From: a virus
Lineage: Duplodnaviria; Caudoviricetes
Virus record (IMG/VR): IMGVR_UViG_3300047288_000127
Location: 1 to 26,177 of that record
Direction: 5' to 3' (one strand)
Length of the DNA: 26,177 nucleotides
Numbering within the stretch: the first letter of the stretch is position 1; each line of letters starts with the position of its first letter. Shown here one piece after another: positions 11,281-19,741 of the stretch. The position numbers and the translations under genes are program-made. The notes under the pieces are model-generated. The model worked only from the letters and a program-made list of their open reading frames with translations. It was not told the origin of the DNA and ran no database searches.

Positions 11281-12029
11281 TGGCTGGAGTAATCAAAAAG
11301 ATTAGGATTCCTAGAGAAAATCTTCCTCCAACATTAACCATAGACAATAGCAGGGTAGAGTCTTTTAGTATATCTAGCGTAATCGTAACTACAAATGCTG
11401 GAAATCCAGTATATGAATATTCTACAGATATAGATAATACTTTTGCTATTGGAGACTTTATTACAATTACTGGAATAGTTGACTCAGCCTCTAGTGATAT
11501 TTTTAATTTGGACAATGCAAGAATAATTGATAAACCAACAGATAACACATTTCAAGTTCAGGTTGCATCTACAACATCGACAACCTATGTTTCTGGCGGG
11601 ACTGTAAGCAAAAATAATGGCCTTTATGTAGTTAGATATAGAATAATTTCTGAAGATAGAAATAGGACATCTCACTGGTCGCCACAGTACACACTTTCCC
11701 CAGCCCAGGTAGTTGCTAACCCAGGAGAAAACATTATTGAAAATCGTGTATCTGATAATTTAATTTTTGTTTCCTGGAAACTTCCCAAAGACTACAGAGA
11801 CAAAGAAAAATCAGAAATAGGATCATTTGATGTCTATGTTGCTTGGGGCACCACTACCGCTGGGGTAGGCCTTTATGAGTATTATTCAACAGTTTCTGGA
11901 ACCTCTGCGGTAATTGCAATTAATCCAAGTGCTCAGAAATACCAGGTGGCAATTCAAAATAGGACATACCCAATAAGAAGGCGTGTTCTAGAGCTAACTA
12001 TTGCAGAAACAAATCCAGTAAACCTTTAG
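11280..12029 (+). CDS. Minor tail protein with Ig/FN3-like segments
   Basis: 249 aa, TAATG overlap. YVVRYRIISEDRNRTSHWSP and VSWKLP...FDVYVAW are FN3-like strand patterns. Confidence 0.6.
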   Translation: MAGVIKKIRIPRENLPPTLTIDNSRVESFSISSVIVTTNAGNPVYEYSTDIDNTFAIGDFITITGIVDSASSDIFNLDNARIIDKPTDNTFQVQVASTTSTTYVSGGTVSKNNGLYVVRYRIISEDRNRTSHWSPQYTLSPAQVVANPGENIIENRVSDNLIFVSWKLPKDYRDKEKSEIGSFDVYVAWGTTTAGVGLYEYYSTVSGTSAVIAINPSAQKYQVAIQNRTYPIRRRVLELTIAETNPVNL

Positions 12030-12033
12030 GCTA

Positions 12034-12042
12034 TGGTATAAT
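12034..12042 (+). promoter_or_regulatory. Putative extended -10 promoter (TGGTATAAT), leaderless or near-leaderless for gene 12051
   Basis: Perfect TGn-TATAAT in the 21-bp gap. ATG lies 8 nt after the -10 and there is no SD. Confidence 0.62.
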
Positions 12043-12050
12043 TAGACATT

Positions 12051-12497
12051 ATGGCAAGAGTACCAGTTCCAGAGCGTGGTCAACCACTAGATCTTTCATA
12101 TGTTTATCAGCTAGCCACAGCGGTAAATGATGTTTCAGATCAACTAGCTACAAATAGCTATAATTATTTAACTATTGATACTCAGACCGCTGGCAGACAG
12201 AGCGTAAAGACTGCCGAAGGAAAAGTAATTGGCGGATATGTAGAATTTCCAACTAATCGAATTGTTAGTGCTGGAAATGAGCAAGAATTTTCTTACAACT
12301 TTGAAGACTTCAAATATCCACCAATTGTAACAGCAACACCAGTTAACGTTGGAAACACCCCAGCTGGTCGTAATGTTTCTGTGGTAATAAAAAATATTAC
12401 AACATCTAGCATAAATGGCGTAGTCAGATTCAATGCACCAGGTGATGTATCTCTGGCTGTCAATCTTATTATTGTTGGAATTCCAAATAAGCTATAG
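12051..12497 (+). CDS. Small tail/fibre-associated protein (possible H-type-lectin-like C-terminal domain)
   Basis: 148 aa. FSYNFEDFKYPPIVTATP...ITTSS matches the F-x-x-x-P-x-V pattern common in phage fibre tip domains. Last gene of the tail block. Confidence 0.55.
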   Translation: MARVPVPERGQPLDLSYVYQLATAVNDVSDQLATNSYNYLTIDTQTAGRQSVKTAEGKVIGGYVEFPTNRIVSAGNEQEFSYNFEDFKYPPIVTATPVNVGNTPAGRNVSVVIKNITTSSINGVVRFNAPGDVSLAVNLIIVGIPNKL

Positions 12498-12506
12498 GAA
12501 TTCTAA

Positions 12507-13055
12507 ATGCCTCAAAATCCAAAACGTGGATACAGGACAAGAGAAGAATATAACCAAGCTCCTGTAATACCTGGAAACCAAAAGGTATGGTTTCTAAATG
12601 GCGATCTTGTTAGGGTGCATCACTTAAACAGATCTAATGGAATAATGTCTGTTTATAACATTATTAAAGATCAAATAGAAAGCTGCCTAATTTCTGACTT
12701 TAAAAGAAATAGGGAGCGAGCATATACTGTAGGAGAAACTGCAGACTTAGTAAATAGACATAAAAAATACTTGCCAAATTTGATGAAGCGTGGTATAATT
12801 CCATTTCCAACTGGATCACAAAAGGGTGGAAATACTGGGTGGCAGGTAAGAAGCTATTATTCAGAATCACAAGTGAGAGCAATCCGTGATATACTTGCCT
12901 CCTATTCCATGGGTAGGCCCAGGAATGATAAATTAATTACAAATAATATAACCCCCTCTCCGCAAGAGTTGACACGGAGAATGGGGGATGGTATACTGAC
13001 TTATACCAGAACTGAGGATGGTAGATTTATCCCAGTCTGGTCAGAGTCTATATAA
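12507..13055 (+). CDS. HTH DNA-binding protein, MerR-like winged helix
   Basis: 182 aa, AGGA before ATG. YTVGETADLVNRHKKYLPNLMKRGIIPFP...RSYYSESQVRAIRDI follows the MerR/excisionase-type HTH-plus-wing pattern. Confidence 0.68.
   Translation: MPQNPKRGYRTREEYNQAPVIPGNQKVWFLNGDLVRVHHLNRSNGIMSVYNIIKDQIESCLISDFKRNRERAYTVGETADLVNRHKKYLPNLMKRGIIPFPTGSQKGGNTGWQVRSYYSESQVRAIRDILASYSMGRPRNDKLITNNITPSPQELTRRMGDGILTYTRTEDGRFIPVWSESI
12771..12799 (+). promoter_or_regulatory. Putative sigma70-type promoter inside the HTH gene (TTGCCA-N17-TATAAT, extended TG)
   Basis: TTGCCA 12771-12776, 17-nt spacer, TG 12791-12792, TATAAT 12794-12799. Confidence 0.5.
12952..12987. repeat. GC-rich imperfect inverted repeat overlapping a promoter -35 box
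   Basis: CCCCC-TCTCCG (12952-12962) / CGGAGA-AT-GGGGG (12975-12987): 11 bp stem with a 2-nt bulge. The loop CAAGAGTTGACA contains TTGACA. Confidence 0.65.
12969..12997 (+). promoter_or_regulatory. Near-consensus sigma70-type promoter for the replication operon (TTGACA-N17-TATACT, extended TG)
   Basis: TTGACA 12969-12974, 17-nt spacer, TG 12989-12990, TATACT 12992-12997. About 75 nt upstream of ATG 13073, which has AGAAAG at 13058-13063. Confidence 0.72.
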
Positions 13056-13072
13056 ATAGAAAGAAAACGGGT

Positions 13073-13282
13073 ATGGAAAACGAAAACACTAAGGTAAGGG
13101 TGGCATTAGGCTATACCCTTAATCTCGGCAATTTTCAGTCTCTACGCATTGACGTAGAGGTAGCTGACAATAAACGAGATGGCGAAAATACCAGCGAAGC
13201 ATTTGAAAGAGTCTATAGCTTTGTTGAAGATAAACTTGCAGAGAAAGTTAAAGAAGCTTCACAAGAGCTAGAAGGTAAGTAA
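13073..13282 (+). CDS. Small conserved-type phage protein of unknown function
   Basis: 69 aa, AGAAAG 9 nt upstream. The motif YTLNLGNFQSLRIDV is of a type that recurs in phage replication regions. Confidence 0.7.
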   Translation: MENENTKVRVALGYTLNLGNFQSLRIDVEVADNKRDGENTSEAFERVYSFVEDKLAEKVKEASQELEGK

Positions 13283-13590
13283 TGCCAGAACGCAAAGACC
13301 GAATGGCTTTGCTTAGTCGTTACAGCAAACTACATACTGCAAAGTATGAGCAAAAGCCTCAAATCAATCTAAACGTAGAGCAGTGGGCAGCAGATGCCCT
13401 CATTGAGTCATATACTCTTCAGGGATGCTATGACTTGCTACAGTACTATTTTGATGTGGCACAGAATCCAAATTGGAAATATTTTGCAAATTACGCACAA
13501 GAGATAATTGATCGTAAAGAGCAATATAAACAAGACCTTGTTGAAAGACAAGAACGTAGAGAACTGGCGAAGAAGTGGTTAAGTGAGTAA
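13282..13590 (+). CDS. Hypothetical helical protein, possible helicase loader/initiator partner
   Basis: 102 aa, TAATG-coupled and overlapping the helicase start. Function inferred from position only. Confidence 0.55.
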   Translation: MPERKDRMALLSRYSKLHTAKYEQKPQINLNVEQWAADALIESYTLQGCYDLLQYYFDVAQNPNWKYFANYAQEIIDRKEQYKQDLVERQERRELAKKWLSE

Positions 13591-14806
13591 TACAGAGTCT
13601 AAACTAATATCAGCGGTACTTAAGGATAAGCAAGTACACGTTTTGCTACAAGCCAATGTAGACAATATACTTATGACCCATGGAGATGTCTGGCAGTTTA
13701 TTCGTAAATACTATGAGAATAATCTTTCTACCCCACCAGTAGAGCTAGTAGTAGAAAAGTTTCGTGACTTTGCCCCAGAAGAGGGCGTGGGTGCAACCAA
13801 GTATCACTTAGAGCAACTGCAGCATGAATATATGAACAATGCTCTTAAAGATGTCATCAGAACAGCAGCAGCTGACGTGCAGGCAGACAAAGCAACTGCA
13901 GCACTAGAGATGCTTATTTCAAAAACAGCAGAGCTTAAAAAGAATGCGTCAGCTATTCGTGATATAGATGTCACCGATATAGATTCAGCTGTTGCCTATT
14001 ATGAGCAAGTTCAAAAGCAGGCAGAGTTAGGTGTAACTGGAATTAAGACAGGACTACCAGGCTTTGATGATTACCTGCCAGCTGGCATTACTCCAGGGCA
14101 GCTGGGAGTATTCCTAGCTTATCCTGGAATTGGAAAGTCTTGGCTTTCTCTTTACTTTGCTGTACAAGCTTGGAAGCAAGGCAAGTCACCGATGATTGTA
14201 AGCCTTGAAATGAGTGAAACAGAAGTTCGTAATCGTGTGTTTACAATAATGGGCGAAGGACTCTGGTCACACCGTAAGCTTTCAGCTGGCCAAATCGAAA
14301 TAGATGATCTAAAGCGCTGGCACAATTCTAAGGTTGCTGGCAAGCCAGAGTTTCACATCATATCGAATGACTCAACTGGCGGAGAGGTTACTCCGTCTAT
14401 TCTTCGTGGAAAGATTGATCAGTACAAGCCAGACTTCGTAATCGTTGACTACTTACAGCTAATGAGTCCAAACACAAAGTCTGACAATGAAACTGTTCGT
14501 ATGAAAAATCTTTCTCGTGAATTAAAGCTAATGGCAATTTCAGAAGAGGTTCCAATTATTGCAATTTCTTCTGCCACCCCAGATGATGTCACAAAGCTTG
14601 ACACGGTTCCAACCCTTGGTCAGACTGCATGGTCTAGGCAGATAGCCTACGATGCCGACTGGGTAATGGCACTTGGGCGTGGACCAAACTCAGACGTCAT
14701 TGAGTGTGTATTTAGAAAGAATCGTAATGGATTTATGGGTGAGTTTTTTGTGCAGGTAGACTTTGACAAGGGCTGGTATAAGTACAAAGACTATGAGCAA
14801 AACTAA
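13583..14806 (+). CDS. dnaB: DnaB-like (SF4) replicative helicase
   Basis: GIKTGLPGFD, Walker A AYPGIGKS, VSLEMS, Walker B IVDYLQLM, AYDAD, Arg finger KNRNG. GTG start. Confidence 0.92.
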   Translation: MSNTESKLISAVLKDKQVHVLLQANVDNILMTHGDVWQFIRKYYENNLSTPPVELVVEKFRDFAPEEGVGATKYHLEQLQHEYMNNALKDVIRTAAADVQADKATAALEMLISKTAELKKNASAIRDIDVTDIDSAVAYYEQVQKQAELGVTGIKTGLPGFDDYLPAGITPGQLGVFLAYPGIGKSWLSLYFAVQAWKQGKSPMIVSLEMSETEVRNRVFTIMGEGLWSHRKLSAGQIEIDDLKRWHNSKVAGKPEFHIISNDSTGGEVTPSILRGKIDQYKPDFVIVDYLQLMSPNTKSDNETVRMKNLSRELKLMAISEEVPIIAISSATPDDVTKLDTVPTLGQTAWSRQIAYDADWVMALGRGPNSDVIECVFRKNRNGFMGEFFVQVDFDKGWYKYKDYEQN

Positions 14807-14814
14807 GCAGCTCG

Positions 14815-14823
14815 TGATATAAT
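14815..14823 (+). promoter_or_regulatory. Putative extended -10 promoter (TGATATAAT) for the primase gene
   Basis: TGn-TATAAT in the 34-bp gap between helicase and primase. No clear -35. Confidence 0.58.
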
Positions 14824-14840
14824 TATGAAAAAGAGAACTA

Positions 14841-15776
14841 ATGAGTAAAAAAAATACATCTACGGTATATACTCCAGAGCAGGTCAAAAGGGTCATAACT
14901 GGGGCAGGGCTGACCATTGAGAATGAGATCGATACTGACTTTATTTTATTTTGCCCATTTCACCCCAATCACAGAACCCCTGCTGGGGAAGTAGACAAGC
15001 ACAGAGGCATATTCTTTTGCTTTTCTTGCCACAAGGTGGCAGACCTAATAGAGCTGGTAATGCATGTAAGCGGTAGGACCTACTTTGAGTCTATTAGATT
15101 TATTAAATCTAAAGAGCAGCAATCCAACCTGGAAGACGAAGTTTCTAAAACACTGGCTCAGAAGCCAGAATATGACCAATTTGACGAGGTTTTGATAAGG
15201 CGACTGGCTGCCCAGGCTCAAGAGTCTCCAAGGGCTATCCGCTATTTTTCTGGCAGGCAAATAAATCAGGACTCAATGAAAAAGTTTTATTTAGGATTTT
15301 CTGAAAAGCAAGACATGGTCACTGTGCCAGTACATTCACCGTCAGGTATGCCAGTCGGATTTGTAGGCAGATCTATAGAGGGTAAGGAATTTAAAAATAC
15401 ACCAGGACTGCCAAAGGCCAAGGTATTGTTTAATCTACACAGAATAAAATCAGCAGACAGAGTGTATGTTGTAGAGTCATCATTCGATGCGATTAGGCTA
15501 GACCAATGCGGATTCCCAGCAGTAGCAACTCTGGGGGCAAATGTTTCAAATTTTCAAATAGACTTGCTTCAAAAGTACTTTAACAATATAATTGTTATAG
15601 CAGATAATGATGAAGCTGGCGGTAACATGAAGTCTAGGATTCAAGAAAAACTTGGATCTCGTGTTAGCGTAATACAACTAGACAAACAATATAAAGATAT
15701 AGGCGACATGTCTGACGATGATATAAAGCAATTGCAAGTATCATTTGACAAGTCAATACAAGCCATGCTACAATAA
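14841..15776 (+). CDS. dnaG: DNA primase (CHC2-type Zn finger plus TOPRIM)
   Basis: CPFH...CFSC zinc-binding domain, GFVGR, TOPRIM motifs VVESSFDAI, ADNDEAG and KDIGD. Confidence 0.92.
   Translation: MSKKNTSTVYTPEQVKRVITGAGLTIENEIDTDFILFCPFHPNHRTPAGEVDKHRGIFFCFSCHKVADLIELVMHVSGRTYFESIRFIKSKEQQSNLEDEVSKTLAQKPEYDQFDEVLIRRLAAQAQESPRAIRYFSGRQINQDSMKKFYLGFSEKQDMVTVPVHSPSGMPVGFVGRSIEGKEFKNTPGLPKAKVLFNLHRIKSADRVYVVESSFDAIRLDQCGFPAVATLGANVSNFQIDLLQKYFNNIIVIADNDEAGGNMKSRIQEKLGSRVSVIQLDKQYKDIGDMSDDDIKQLQVSFDKSIQAMLQ
15745..15774 (+). promoter_or_regulatory. Putative strong promoter for ssb (TTGACA-N18-TACAAT, extended TG)
   Basis: TTGACA 15745-15750, TG 15766-15767, TACAAT 15769-15774, followed by SD AGGAG and ATG 15798. 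Confidence 0.65.
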
Positions 15777-15797
15777 TCAACCAAAACAAGGAGAAAA

Positions 15798-16457
15798 ATG
15801 AGCGTAATCAAAGGGCTAAAGAATATCAACGCAATACTTGATAAGCCAAAGTACGATGAGTCAAGACCAAAGGTTCGTTGGCTCAAGCTTGCAGACGGTC
15901 AGTCTGTAAAGATTCGTTTTATTGAAGAGCTAGATGAGGATAGTCCAAGCTATGCAGAAGAGCGAGGACTTGCTCTAGTGGTAAAGGAACACTCTAATCC
16001 AAAGGACTACAAGCGTAAGGCTTTGGATACAATGGACTCAGAAGGTCGTGACTTCGCAGAAGAAATGTACCGTAAAGATCCAAAGGCAAACTCTGGCTGG
16101 AAGGCAAAGCTACGCTTCTACTGCAACGTTCTAATTGACGACGGCATTGAAGCACCATATGTTGCAATTTGGTCTATGGGTGTTAGCAAGCAGTCTGTAT
16201 TTAATACTATTCGTGAGTATGCTCTAGACACTGGAAGCATTTCTAATATCACCTGGAAGCTAAAGCGAAACGGTGTTGGAACAGAGACCAACTACACACT
16301 TATTCCTTCAAAGCCAGACACCGAGCCGTTTGACTGGAGCGGAATCGCTCCTTTCCCACTGGAATCTGCACTTAATAAGGTTCCATATGCAGAGCAAGAG
16401 GCATTCTATCTTGGCTTTGACACACCATCAGTCACATCATCAAACATTGACTGGTAG
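15798..16457 (+). CDS. Single-stranded DNA-binding protein (phage gp32-like OB fold)
   Basis: 219 aa between primase and polymerase, strong SD. Motifs WLKLADGQSVKIRF and KLKRNGVGTETNYTL, with a tail ending in DW. Confidence 0.7.
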   Translation: MSVIKGLKNINAILDKPKYDESRPKVRWLKLADGQSVKIRFIEELDEDSPSYAEERGLALVVKEHSNPKDYKRKALDTMDSEGRDFAEEMYRKDPKANSGWKAKLRFYCNVLIDDGIEAPYVAIWSMGVSKQSVFNTIREYALDTGSISNITWKLKRNGVGTETNYTLIPSKPDTEPFDWSGIAPFPLESALNKVPYAEQEAFYLGFDTPSVTSSNIDW

Positions 16458-16465
16458 GCAATAAT

Positions 16466-19400
16466 TTGAGCTATAACGGTCTTCACGTTCACACACACTA
16501 CTCGCTGTTTGATGGCATTGCCACACCAGAAGAGTATCTGTCTCGTGCACAAGAGCTTGGCATGTCAGCCTTAGCAATTACTGATCATGGATCTTTGTCT
16601 GGTCACAGAGAGTTCTATCGTATTGCAAAAGAAAAAGGAATTAAGCCAATCCTTGGCGTCGAAGGTTACATCACCAATGACAGATTTGATCAACGTGCAA
16701 CTGACGTCAGAGACGGACTTTTAGATCTAGTCTATAATCACGTCATTGTCCTTGCCAAAAATCGTGTGGGACTTGAAAACCTAAATAAGCTTAATGAAAT
16801 AGCGTGGACTGAAGGATTCTTCAAGAAACCACGATTTGATTACGAAGTGCTAGAGAAGTACTCAGAAGGACTCATTGTCCTTTCTGGGTGCCTCTCTGGT
16901 GCTTTGGCAAAAGCAATTGAGGCAGAAGAGCTGGCAGAAGCAAAGAGAATTATTGAGTGGCACAAGCGTGTATTTGGAGACGATTACTACATTGAAGTAA
17001 TGCCACACAACCCAGCAGAAGTAAATAAGCAGTTGTTAAGCTTGGCAGACCAGTATGGGGTAAAGGCAATTGTTACTCCAGACTGTCATCACGCACACAC
17101 TGGCCAAAAAGAAATTCAGGAACTAAAGCTTATTCTAAACAGCTATTCAAATAAAGTTCAAAAAGATGCCACATACGATAGGTCATTAAAGTATGAAGGG
17201 CTTATGGATAGACTTAACTATCTATATGGCGATAGAGAAATAACCTTTACAAACTTTGACATTCATCTACTATCTGACGAAGAAATGCATAATGCAATGA
17301 AATCGCAGGGCATAGACAGAGAAGATATCTATGATCACACACGAGAAGTGTCAGAGAAGGTAGAAGACTATAAGATTAAAGATCACCTAGACCTACTTCC
17401 AGTTCAGTATCAAGACCCAGACAATGAGCTTAAAGAGCTAGCGCTGGCTGGTCTAAAAGATCGTAATGTTTATACAGAAGAATATTTGAATAGGCTAGAA
17501 GAAGAGCTTGAGATAATTAAGCAAAAGAATTTTGGCCCATACTTCTTGGTTGTGCGATCAATGATCTCTTGGGCAAAAAAGCAGGGCATCATGGTTGGAC
17601 CAGGTCGTGGTTCATCTGCTGGCTCACTGCTTTGCTATGCCCTAGAAATTACAGACATTGATCCAATCAAGCACGGTCTGCTATTTTTCCGTTTTATCAA
17701 TCCAGAACGTAATGACTTCCCAGATATTGATACAGATATCCAGGATTCAAGACGTGAAGAAGTTAAAGACTATCTTGTCAGGCAGTATAAGCACGTAGCG
17801 TCTATTGCAACATTTTTACAGTTTAAAGATAAGGGTGTTGTAAGAGATATAGCACGTGTGCTGCACATTCCGCTGACAGATGTAAACAAGGTTATGAAGG
17901 TGGTGGATACCTGGGATGATTACTGCACGTCAAAACAAGCAGCATGGTTTAGAGAAAAATATCCAGAAATTGAGAAGTATGGCGATCAGCTTCGTGGGCG
18001 CATTAGAGGAACTGGCATTCACGCTGCTGGTGTTGTTACTTCTAAGTATCCAATTTTTAAGTACGCTCCCATGGAAACTCGCACGTCTCCTGGAAATAAA
18101 GAAAGAATCCCAGTAGTAGGCGTTGACATGGAAGAGGCAGAGCGCATTGGTCTAATTAAGATTGACGCACTGGGCCTAAAAACATTGTCGGTACTGAGAG
18201 ATACTCTAGACATAATTAAAGAAAGACATTACAAAGAAATAGATCTATTATCTATTGACATGGAAGACTCGAAAGTATACGAGATGCTATCTTCTGGATA
18301 TACTAAGGGTGTTTTCCAATGTGAAGCCACACCTTATACAAACTTGCTAGTAAAGATGGGTGTCAAAAACTTTGCAGAGCTTGCAGCATCTAATGCTCTA
18401 GTTCGTCCAGGTGCGATGAATACCATCGGAAAAGATTACATTTTGCGTAAGCATGGTAAGCAGAACATTGCATACCATCACGAAGTAATGAAGCAGTTTA
18501 CGTTAGACACTTATGGATGTATTCTGTATCAAGAGCAGGTTATGCAGGCCTGTGTTAATCTTGGTGGAATGACAATGGCAGAAGCCGATAAGGTTCGTAA
18601 AATTATTGGAAAGAAGAAAGATGCGAAAGAGTTTGATCAGTTTAGGGAAAAGTTCGTTGAAGGTGCTTCAAGGTTTATCGCTCCTAATATCGCACGTGAT
18701 CTATGGTCTGATTTTGAGGCCCATGCTGGGTATTCGTTCAATAAGTCTCACGCTGTTGCGTATTCTACGCTCTCGTATTGGACGGCGTGGCTAAAGACAT
18801 ACTACCCACTTGAGTTCATATATTCTATTCTTAAAAACGAGAAGGACAAGGATGCCCGTACCGAGTATCTTATTGAAGCAAAACGTATGGGAATCTCTAT
18901 TAAGTTGCCTCACATAAATGAATCAGATATTGATTTTAAGATTGAGGGCAAGGGCATTAGGTTTGGTCTAACAGGAATCAAATACATCTCAGACAATATT
19001 GCAGAAAAGTATATGTCCGCAAGACCATTCTCTTCTTATGCTCAGCTAGAAGAGTTTACGATGACAAAGGGCAACGGCGTAAACAGTAGAGCTTTGCAAG
19101 CATTGCGTGTAACAGGAGCTGCCACATTTCCAGATAATCCAAGAAACGATGCAGAGATTAAAGAAAATCTTTATGAATATCTTAATCTTCCAGAATTTAA
19201 TGTTTCAATTCCACCACACTTCTATGCCTTTATTAATGACATAGATGAGTTCGAGGAAAAAGGATCTTTTATTCTGATTGGCATGGTTAAAAGCATTAAG
19301 CGTGGCAAGGGCTGGTCACGAGTAGAGTTGCTAGACAAAACTGGCAGTATTGGAATCTTTGATGACGAGCAAACCGCTATTGAGCCAGGCAAGACATACC

Positions 19401-19741
19401 TAATTTTAGCAAGCGATAACAGGGTCCTGAGTGCGATTCCATCAGACGAGATTGGCAAAATGGAGTCAGCGCTGGTTAAGTATTTAAATTACAAGCAGCT
19501 TCCCTACACAGAAAGTGAAATGTATGTTGTTTCTTTTAAGCCAAGGGTAACTAAGGCTGGAAAGAAAATGGCTTATCTTACTCTTGCAGATGCTTCTAGA
19601 GAATTGCACTCCGTAACTGTATTCCCTACTCAATTTGCAAAAGCATATATGAAAATTAAAGAGGGGCTGGCATATCAATTTTCTTTTGGTAAAACAAAAG
19701 ATGGAACAGTAATAATGGAGGACATAATTGACAACGGTTGA
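16466..19741 (+). CDS. dnaE: DNA polymerase III alpha subunit (DnaE, family C)
   Basis: PHP motifs HVHTHYS..DG, TDHG, GVEGY, SGCLSG, PDCH; GPGRGSSAGS; catalytic PDIDTD and KIDALGL; YSFNKSHA. TTG start. No intein signature. Confidence 0.96.
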   Translation: MSYNGLHVHTHYSLFDGIATPEEYLSRAQELGMSALAITDHGSLSGHREFYRIAKEKGIKPILGVEGYITNDRFDQRATDVRDGLLDLVYNHVIVLAKNRVGLENLNKLNEIAWTEGFFKKPRFDYEVLEKYSEGLIVLSGCLSGALAKAIEAEELAEAKRIIEWHKRVFGDDYYIEVMPHNPAEVNKQLLSLADQYGVKAIVTPDCHHAHTGQKEIQELKLILNSYSNKVQKDATYDRSLKYEGLMDRLNYLYGDREITFTNFDIHLLSDEEMHNAMKSQGIDREDIYDHTREVSEKVEDYKIKDHLDLLPVQYQDPDNELKELALAGLKDRNVYTEEYLNRLEEELEIIKQKNFGPYFLVVRSMISWAKKQGIMVGPGRGSSAGSLLCYALEITDIDPIKHGLLFFRFINPERNDFPDIDTDIQDSRREEVKDYLVRQYKHVASIATFLQFKDKGVVRDIARVLHIPLTDVNKVMKVVDTWDDYCTSKQAAWFREKYPEIEKYGDQLRGRIRGTGIHAAGVVTSKYPIFKYAPMETRTSPGNKERIPVVGVDMEEAERIGLIKIDALGLKTLSVLRDTLDIIKERHYKEIDLLSIDMEDSKVYEMLSSGYTKGVFQCEATPYTNLLVKMGVKNFAELAASNALVRPGAMNTIGKDYILRKHGKQNIAYHHEVMKQFTLDTYGCILYQEQVMQACVNLGGMTMAEADKVRKIIGKKKDAKEFDQFREKFVEGASRFIAPNIARDLWSDFEAHAGYSFNKSHAVAYSTLSYWTAWLKTYYPLEFIYSILKNEKDKDARTEYLIEAKRMGISIKLPHINESDIDFKIEGKGIRFGLTGIKYISDNIAEKYMSARPFSSYAQLEEFTMTKGNGVNSRALQALRVTGAATFPDNPRNDAEIKENLYEYLNLPEFNVSIPPHFYAFINDIDEFEEKGSFILIGMVKSIKRGKGWSRVELLDKTGSIGIFDDEQTAIEPGKTYLILASDNRVLSAIPSDEIGKMESALVKYLNYKQLPYTESEMYVVSFKPRVTKAGKKMAYLTLADASRELHSVTVFPTQFAKAYMKIKEGLAYQFSFGKTKDGTVIMEDIIDNG

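Noticed and set aside
14825-14848. Mini-ORF MKKRTNE overlapping the primase start
   Set aside because: Its ATG lies only 1 nt past the -10 hexamer, upstream of the predicted transcription start, and has no SD; probably chance.
19728-19733. TTGACA at the recA start (also at 23814)
   Set aside because: No acceptable -10 hexamer at 16-18 nt spacing.
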